Source of the DNA: an uncultured Oscillospiraceae bacterium
GTDB taxonomy: Bacteria; Bacillota; Clostridia; Oscillospirales; Ruminococcaceae
NCBI GenBank assembly: GCA_904384225.1
Contig: CAJFJV010000005.1
Span: 6,466-70,465 of the forward strand
Direction of reading: 5' to 3'
DNA: 64,000 bases
Of this stretch, positions 57,850 to 64,000 are shown one piece after another. The number at the start of each line of letters is the position of its first letter. Position 1 is the first letter of the stretch. The notes under the pieces were generated by a model. That model made no database searches and had not been told where the DNA came from. It saw only the letters and a list, made by a program, of their open reading frames with translations. A program made the position numbers and the translations under genes.

Positions 57850-59049
57850 TTACATCCATACTATGTTTTCGCATGTATTGAATTTTGCAAAACGCCGCAA
57901 ACATTGCTCAAAAGCCTTACAAAACGTAGATGTAAGCTTTTTTTCCGGCCAAAAATGACGTATCTCTAAACTGTTAGTCCCGCTTTCACGCACAATTTCC
58001 ACACGCCCGAAAAATTCTTCCCCGTACAGAACAGGAAGCGTATAATATCCAAATTTACGTTGTTCAACAGGCGTATATATTTCCCACTTATACCGGAAGC
58101 CAAACAAAGAGTCTATGAGTCTTCTATCCCAAAGGAGAGGGTCAAGCGGTGCCATCAGTACACATTGTTTTGAAAAACGGCGCTCCGAACAGGCAGCTTT
58201 TAAAAGGTCAAGGTCGGTACTTTGACAAAACAATGTTTCTTTTATCCCCTGTACCTCTATCTTCAAAAGCTTTCCTTCATCCAATAATACTTGAAATGCT
58301 GCCGCCCGCTGCGCTGCTCTCATTCCCCATATATTGAGCCAAGCATCGGACGGACGATTCCACATAAGACCAACAGCGCCTATCCGTCGATATAACCGCC
58401 ACTTTATATGTGCCTCTTCTTCCAGGAAAGGATCCGGCATGCTGAGTAATTCAGTATTGATGTGACGGAAAGAGAGATCATAAAACTTACGCACACCCTC
58501 CCGATGATGGATCACAAGTTCCCCTGTAGAATAAAGCTGCTCAAGAACCGCGCGTGCTGCACTTGTCTGCCCGTGCCAATTCCCGCTCCAATGGATGGCG
58601 GAATGCCAATAAAGCTGCCCGTTTACCGGAAGTGTATCAGATGAAACAGGGCCGTTTTCTTCAATATAATCCTTCACATACGCTTTCAGCGTTTCCATAC
58701 CTGCAAACTGTTTGCCGCTTTCTTTTGCCGCCTCACGGTAGCGCGCAAAATAAGGCCAATCCTCAACTGCAAAAATAGAAAGGTTTTTATCCGGATAATC
58801 CACAAGCTTTCGATCCTGATATAGCAACTCATACAGCATGGACTTAGAAAACCCTTTTACCCGCGACTGAAGTGTCAGTTCCGCATTTTTCCCACAGATA
58901 TCAATCGGGTCAAACTGGATACAGCCTGCTTGTTTGATGAAATCTAAGACGCCTGTTTTTCCAGAAAACTTTTTTGCACCGAGCAGTCCGTGCTTTAATA
59001 GAAGAAAGCGCCGGGCTTGTTTTGGCGTCAAATAATAGACATTACACAT
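57850..59049 (-). CDS. YcaQ/AlkZ-like (HTH_42) DNA crosslink-repair glycosylase
   Basis: IQFDPI (QxD), LQSRV, APLDPLLWDR, FGF.Y.WEIYTP..RKFGYY.LP.L.G. Confidence 0.88.
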   Translation of the reverse strand: MCNVYYLTPKQARRFLLLKHGLLGAKKFSGKTGVLDFIKQAGCIQFDPIDICGKNAELTLQSRVKGFSKSMLYELLYQDRKLVDYPDKNLSIFAVEDWPYFARYREAAKESGKQFAGMETLKAYVKDYIEENGPVSSDTLPVNGQLYWHSAIHWSGNWHGQTSAARAVLEQLYSTGELVIHHREGVRKFYDLSFRHINTELLSMPDPFLEEEAHIKWRLYRRIGAVGLMWNRPSDAWLNIWGMRAAQRAAAFQVLLDEGKLLKIEVQGIKETLFCQSTDLDLLKAACSERRFSKQCVLMAPLDPLLWDRRLIDSLFGFRYKWEIYTPVEQRKFGYYTLPVLYGEEFFGRVEIVRESGTNSLEIRHFWPEKKLTSTFCKAFEQCLRRFAKFNTCENIVWM

Positions 59050-59065
59050 TTAAGCACCACCAATT

Positions 59066-59113
59066 AGAACGATTGTTCTTTTTTAATATAATAGACGCGG
59101 TTTGGTTTGTCAA
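59066..59113 (-). promoter_or_regulatory. ycaQ-like promoter with a LexA (SOS) box at the predicted TSS
   Basis: TTGACA-17-TATATT (59113-59085); AGAAC-N4-GTTCT at 59066-59079. Confidence 0.8.
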
Positions 59114-59138
59114 GAGAATTCTGCGCTATCGTAATCTC

Positions 59139-59183
59139 AAAACTGCAAGGGCAGGCAATCCCAATATCGGATTGCCTGCCCTT
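59139..59183 (-). terminator. Terminator of the hydrogenase operon
   Basis: 15-bp stem AAGGGCAGGCAATCC/GGATTGCCTGCCCTT. Confidence 0.8.
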
Positions 59184-59201
59184 CGTTTTACAGCTATTTT
59201 A

Positions 59202-60941
59202 TTACAGACCGCGTTTTACATAGGTCGTGTGCAAAATTTCATGCGCTTTATGGCTTCCCGGTTTTTCAAGGTAAGTATCATAAAGTTCTTTGATCACAGG
59301 ATTATCATGCGATTTGCGCAAAGGAAGACTTGCATCTTCATCATAAAGGACTTTCGCACGCAAAGCCCGGATATCCGTATTGTTCCGGACAGATGCCGGC
59401 TGAATCGGCTGACCTCCGCCATTTACACAACCACCAGGGCAGGCCATAATCTCAACAAAATGATAGTTTGCCCTTCCTGCACGTATATCATCCAATAACT
59501 GTCTTGCATTTTTTAATCCGGAAGCCACTGCCACTTTGACATCAAGATCGCCTACTTTATACGTTGCTTCCTTAATCCCTTTGGTTCCTCGGACTTCCGT
59601 AAAATTCAATGCGTCACCGGTTAATTCCTCACCTGTAAGCGTTTCAACCGCCGTACGGAGAGCCGCTTCCATAACACCGCCCGTTGCACCGAAAATGACA
59701 CCTGCTCCTGTCGCAATTCCAAGCGGCTGGTCATATTCTTCATCCGGCAGATATTCAAACATCAAGCCTGCCCGTTTAATCATCGAGGCCAGTTCCCTCG
59801 TCGTAAGCACTGCATCGACATCATCTACGCCGGCAGCCGCCTGATTGTCGCGTCCATGCTCAAATTTTTTCGCCGTACATGGCATCACACTGACCACATA
59901 CATGTTTTTCGGATCGACGCCAATTTTTTCAGCATAATATGTTTTAGCAATAGCGCCAAACATCTGCTGCGGCGACTTACAAGAAGACAAATTGTCGATA
60001 AAATCTTCATAGTAGTGTTCACAGAATTTAACCCAACCAGGAGAGCATGACGTGATCAAGGGCAGTTTTCCGCCGTTTTGGACACGTTCAATAAACTCGT
60101 TTGCCTCTTCCATAATAGTAAGATCAGCAGAAAAATTCGTATCAAACACTTTATCAAATCCCAGCCGACGTAAAGCTGCAACCATTTTCCCTTCTACGTT
60201 CGTCCCGATCGGCATGCCGAAAGACTCGCCAAGCGCTGCGCGGACAGCCGGTGCCGTTTGCACAACTACAAACTTATCCGGATCGCCAAGCGCTGCAAAT
60301 ACCTTTTCAGTATCGTCTTTTTCATAAAGCGCGCCGGTCGGACAAGCGATAATGCACTGGCCGCAGGATACACAAGAAGTGTCGGCTAGATCCATTTCAA
60401 ACGCACATCCGATATGCGATGCAAAACCGCGGCGATTCGGGCCGATTACACCGATTCCCTGCGCCGCACATGCGCCAACACAGCGACGGCACAGGATACA
60501 CTTGTTGTTATCCCGGATCATATGTGCAGCGGAATCATCCAATTCATAATGCGGATTTTCACCGGTATATTTATTATCATCAACCCCATATTCACGGGAA
60601 AGACGCTGCAACTCACAATCGCCGCTTCTAGAACAAGAAAGGCACTTTTTATCATGTGTGGAAAGAATTAATTCCAAAGTATTCTTTCGGCTGCGGCGCA
60701 AAGCAGGTGTATTCGTATACACCTCCATCCCTTCGCCGACTGGCTGGACGCAAGCGGCAGCAAAGCTCCGCGCCCCTTTTACCTCCACTAAGCACATCCG
60801 GCAGGCGCCGATCTGATTGACGTCTTTTAAGTAACAGAGCGTCGGAATATTGATTCCGGCAAGACGCGCCGCCTCCAAAATAGTGGCGTCTTTCGGCGCG
60901 GATACGGATATCCCGTTTATTTTCAGATTCACATTTTCCAT
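59202..60941 (-). CDS. hydA: [FeFe]-hydrogenase catalytic subunit, group A (HydA/HndD, electron-bifurcating type)
   Basis: N-terminal [2Fe-2S] and [4Fe-4S] motifs; H-cluster motifs TSCSPGW, MPCTAKKFE, EIMACPGGCVNGGGQP. Confidence 0.95.
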   Translation of the reverse strand: MENVNLKINGISVSAPKDATILEAARLAGINIPTLCYLKDVNQIGACRMCLVEVKGARSFAAACVQPVGEGMEVYTNTPALRRSRKNTLELILSTHDKKCLSCSRSGDCELQRLSREYGVDDNKYTGENPHYELDDSAAHMIRDNNKCILCRRCVGACAAQGIGVIGPNRRGFASHIGCAFEMDLADTSCVSCGQCIIACPTGALYEKDDTEKVFAALGDPDKFVVVQTAPAVRAALGESFGMPIGTNVEGKMVAALRRLGFDKVFDTNFSADLTIMEEANEFIERVQNGGKLPLITSCSPGWVKFCEHYYEDFIDNLSSCKSPQQMFGAIAKTYYAEKIGVDPKNMYVVSVMPCTAKKFEHGRDNQAAAGVDDVDAVLTTRELASMIKRAGLMFEYLPDEEYDQPLGIATGAGVIFGATGGVMEAALRTAVETLTGEELTGDALNFTEVRGTKGIKEATYKVGDLDVKVAVASGLKNARQLLDDIRAGRANYHFVEIMACPGGCVNGGGQPIQPASVRNNTDIRALRAKVLYDEDASLPLRKSHDNPVIKELYDTYLEKPGSHKAHEILHTTYVKRGL

Positions 60942-60957
60942 ATCTCGCTATCTCCTC

Positions 60958-62745
60958 TTACTTTTTCACGATCGCGCCAAAGCGGCATTTTTCCATGCAG
61001 GCGCCGCATTTAATACATTTATTCTTATCAATAACATGCGGCTGTTTGACCGTGCCGCTGATCGCGCCGACCGGACACTGCCGTGCACAAAGCGTACAGC
61101 CTTTGCACTTATCCGCATCAATTTCAAACGATAAGAGATCCTTGCAGACTCCCGCTGGGCATCTCTTTTCCACAACGTGCGCGACATATTCATCACGGAA
61201 ATATTTTAGTGTGGACAATACCGGATTCGGTGCAGACTGCCCCAGTGCACAAAGCGAGCCAGCTTTGATTTCGTAACAGAGCTGTTCCAATTTGTCAAGA
61301 TCCTCAAGCGTTGCATTGCCCTTGCAAATATTTGAAAGCATCTCATACATCCGTTTTGTACCAATACGGCATGGATTACACTTTCCGCAAGACTCATCAA
61401 CTGTAAATTCAAGAAAGAACTTTGCAATGTCAACCATGCAGGTATCTTCATCCATAATGATCAGACCGCCGGATCCCATCATAGATCCTACAGCCAACAG
61501 GTTGTCATAATCAATCGGCGTGTCAATCAGGCTTGCCGGAATACAGCCGCCGGAAGGGCCGCCCGTTTGCGCAGCTTTAAATTTCTTGCCATTCGGGATG
61601 CCACCGCCAATTTCTTCAACAATCTCCCGAAGCGTTGTCCCCATCGGAACTTCAACCAGACCGGTATTATGGATTTTACCGCCCACTGCAAAAACTTTTG
61701 TTCCTTTGGACTTTTCCGTACCCATAGAAGCGAACCATTCCGGCCCGTTCAAAATAATTTGCGGGATATTGGCCCATGTTTCAACGTTATTAAGGATTGT
61801 CGGCTTTCCGAATAAGCCTTTTACTGCTGGGAACGGCGGACGCGGACGCGGCTCGCCGCGGTGCCCTTCAATAGAAGTCATCAGTGCAGTCTCTTCACCA
61901 CAGACAAAAGCGCCTGCACCAAGACGGATTTCAATATCAAAATCAAATCCGGAATCAAAGATGTTTTTACCAAGCAAACCATATTCTCTTGCCTGATCAA
62001 TAGCAATCTGAAGGCGTTTTACTGCGATTGGATATTCTGCCCGGATATAGACATACCCTTGATTTGCCCCAATCGCATAGCCGGCAATCGTCATTGCTTC
62101 AATTACAACGTGCGGATCGCCCTCTAAAATGGAACGGTCCATAAACGCGCCCGGATCACCTTCGTCGGCATTGCAGCAGACGTATTTTTGATCCGCTTGG
62201 TTTGCTGCTGCAAAAGACCATTTTACTCCGGTCGGGAAGCCGCCGCCGCCGCGGCCGCGCAGTCCTGAATCTTTTACTGTTTTAATGACTTCCTCCGGCG
62301 TCATCTCCGTGAGAACCTTGCCAAGCGCCGCATAACCATCAACGCCTATGTATTCTTCGATATTTTCCGGATTGATTACGCCACAGTTTTTAAGCGCAAT
62401 CCGTTTCTGTTTTTTATAAAAATCCGTTTCGTTCAGGGATTTAACCGAATTGTCCTCAACGGTTTCTGAATAGAGTAGGCGTTTGACAATCCTGCCCTTT
62501 AAAAGATGCTCCGACACAATTTCCGGAACATCCTCCGGTTTGACTGCAGAGTAGAAACATCCCTCCGGATACACGATCATAATCGGACCGAGCGCGCACA
62601 GGCCAAAACAACCGGTTTTTACAACTTTGATTTCATTTTCAAGGCCGTTTTTCGCGATTTCCTGCTCCAATGTCTGAATAATCTGCTGGCTTCCAGAAGA
62701 AGTACATCCGGTGCCGCCGCAGACAAGCACATGGGAACGATACAT
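60958..62745 (-). CDS. hydB: NuoF-like NADH/FMN-binding subunit (HydB/HndC)
   Basis: GLRGRGGGGFPTG.KW, NADEGDPGAFMDR, GAFVCGEETAL, ESCGKCNPCRIG, two C-terminal [4Fe-4S]. Confidence 0.93.
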   Translation of the reverse strand: MYRSHVLVCGGTGCTSSGSQQIIQTLEQEIAKNGLENEIKVVKTGCFGLCALGPIMIVYPEGCFYSAVKPEDVPEIVSEHLLKGRIVKRLLYSETVEDNSVKSLNETDFYKKQKRIALKNCGVINPENIEEYIGVDGYAALGKVLTEMTPEEVIKTVKDSGLRGRGGGGFPTGVKWSFAAANQADQKYVCCNADEGDPGAFMDRSILEGDPHVVIEAMTIAGYAIGANQGYVYIRAEYPIAVKRLQIAIDQAREYGLLGKNIFDSGFDFDIEIRLGAGAFVCGEETALMTSIEGHRGEPRPRPPFPAVKGLFGKPTILNNVETWANIPQIILNGPEWFASMGTEKSKGTKVFAVGGKIHNTGLVEVPMGTTLREIVEEIGGGIPNGKKFKAAQTGGPSGGCIPASLIDTPIDYDNLLAVGSMMGSGGLIIMDEDTCMVDIAKFFLEFTVDESCGKCNPCRIGTKRMYEMLSNICKGNATLEDLDKLEQLCYEIKAGSLCALGQSAPNPVLSTLKYFRDEYVAHVVEKRCPAGVCKDLLSFEIDADKCKGCTLCARQCPVGAISGTVKQPHVIDKNKCIKCGACMEKCRFGAIVKK

Positions 62746-62759
62746 TCGATTTCCTCCTT

Positions 62760-63131
62760 TTATTTGGCAACGCTGCCGATGGTGTATTCGGAAACAACAT
62801 TTCCGTTTACAAGATGATCGTTGACCACCCGAACCGCTTTTTCTGCCGTCATCTTAACATAGGTCGTTTTGCCGCCGTCCGGCATAAAGACTTCGACGAC
62901 CGGCTCATACTGGCAAATACCGATACAGCCCGTTTGCGAAACACTTACATTCGAAAGCCCGCGCTTTGCAACCTCTTCGGTAAAGCTGTTTAACACCGGC
63001 CGCGCACCCGCAGCGATTCCACAGGTAGCCATTCCCACTACAACACGGATCTTATCCCCATCCGATTCACGAACGTTGATGGCATTTTTCATCTTATCAC
63101 GGATTGCCTGAAGCTCTGCTAAGCTTTTCAT
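62760..63131 (-). CDS. Thioredoxin-like [2Fe-2S] ferredoxin subunit (HydD/HndB)
   Basis: MKSLAEL, VGMATCGIAAGA, TGCIGIC..EP. Confidence 0.88.
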   Translation of the reverse strand: MKSLAELQAIRDKMKNAINVRESDGDKIRVVVGMATCGIAAGARPVLNSFTEEVAKRGLSNVSVSQTGCIGICQYEPVVEVFMPDGGKTTYVKMTAEKAVRVVNDHLVNGNVVSEYTIGSVAK

Positions 63132-63164
63132 AAATTGATGCACCACCTTAAGTTTTTCGTTAAA

Positions 63165-63719
63165 TTAGTTTGAGGGTTCTTCCATTTCCTCTTCATTTTC
63201 TTCAATGTATTGCCGGATAAAAGAAAGCACTTCATTTGAATTGACCGGCAGTCCCTCCAAAATCGTTTTAACTTCTCTTGTATCCAATGCAAAACCTTGC
63301 CCGTCCTTTTTATAAGTATAAACAAAATCGATATCTGGATTAACACTGATTAGCGAAACCATTGTAGAAGCCATATCGCCAAGCGGCATCATATCGATGT
63401 GCTCATAGCAATAAACCGCAGAAATCTCCGTCCCGATTCCCGGTTCGCTCTCAATATGGAAGCGGCCTCCCGTAAGCTCAGCTGAAAGCTTGAAAAACGG
63501 GACCCCAAGTCCAACCTTTCTCGTAGTACGAGTGGTATAAAACGGATCGACTACGCGTGTTACCTGTTCTTTTGTCATCCCACAGCCATTATCCTTAATA
63601 GAAATGGATAATTCCCTTTGCTGGGTATCCTTAAGGACGGAAATGCTAATCAGGGAGGCTTTCGCCTTTACTGAATTCTGAACGATATCCAGTACGTTCA
63701 GAGAAAGTTCCGGCATCAT
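63165..63719 (-). CDS. Stand-alone HATPase_c (GHKL) ATP-binding protein
   Basis: ELSL..LDIVQNS (N box), DNGCGM (G1), DPFYTT, GLG (G2), G.GT; no HisKA domain. Confidence 0.85.
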   Translation of the reverse strand: MMPELSLNVLDIVQNSVKAKASLISISVLKDTQQRELSISIKDNGCGMTKEQVTRVVDPFYTTRTTRKVGLGVPFFKLSAELTGGRFHIESEPGIGTEISAVYCYEHIDMMPLGDMASTMVSLISVNPDIDFVYTYKKDGQGFALDTREVKTILEGLPVNSNEVLSFIRQYIEENEEEMEEPSN

Positions 63720-64000
63720 CAGTCCATATATTTGGCGAGGATCGTGTCGATGTCATCCACCGTAACCTTGCCGTATACCTCGTCATTTACCGTAAGGACA
63801 GGAGCCAGTCCACATGCGCCGACGCAGCGGCAAGCGTCAAGAGAAAAGCGGCCGTCCACTGTACATTCTCCGCTTTTGATATTCAGTTTTTTGGAAAGCT
63901 CTTCAAAAACGTCACCGGAACCCTTAACATAGCAGGCGGTACCCAAACATACGCTGATTTTATATTTTCCCTTCGGATACAGCGAAAATTGAGAATAAAA
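63719..64000 (-). CDS. hydC: NuoE-like [2Fe-2S] subunit (HydC/HndA), 3' part; start lies beyond the window
   Basis: FYSQF..KGKY.ISVCLGTACYVKG, CVGACGLAP. Confidence 0.9.
   Translation of the reverse strand, partial: FYSQFSLYPKGKYKISVCLGTACYVKGSGDVFEELSKKLNIKSGECTVDGRFSLDACRCVGACGLAPVLTVNDEVYGKVTVDDIDTILAKYMD

Noticed and set aside
1-64000. CRISPR arrays, tRNA/rRNA genes, IS elements, prophage or defence genes
   Set aside because: No regularly spaced repeats, cloverleaf motifs, or transposase, integrase or defence domains seen by eye

Overview
Chromosomal segment of a low-GC anaerobic Firmicute; gene content and order suggest Clostridia, probably Oscillospiraceae/Ruminococcaceae-like (inference). 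Most of the window is conserved housekeeping. Minus-strand blocks: yajC/TIGR04086-like/SCIFF precursor (left edge), split transketolase, rluD-lspA-ileS-divIVA-ylmH-sepF-yggS, hfq-miaA-mutL-mutS-ylbF-miaB, ribokinase, preQ1-riboswitch-controlled queT, a divergent ClpC-type ATPase, the rimP-nusA-infB-rbfA-truB-ribF operon, prfC, a paaK-iorAB-paaK-ACT aryl-acid cluster, a YcaQ-like glycosylase and an electron-bifurcating [FeFe]-hydrogenase operon (right edge). Plus-strand blocks: sbcDC-comEA-lacX-GH38-like, potABCD, an ABC exporter, an AT-richer NimA-like + MATE cassette and a GH29. I saw no CRISPR array, tRNA, rRNA, transposase or integrase, and no obvious novel multi-gene system. The most interesting signals are small and are missed by the ORF track: (i) two small proteins, a 43-aa TM peptide and a 49-aa Cys/Gly/Asn-rich peptide with a sigma-K-like promoter, followed by a 4-way-junction RNA; (ii) several structured leaders I cannot assign to a family (NimA-like/MATE, potA, yajC, miaB); (iii) a LexA box on the ycaQ-like gene; (iv) a WalR-type box at yajC; (v) an identical 19-mer upstream of the SCIFF precursor and hfq. 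All RNA structures were paired by eye, not computed.
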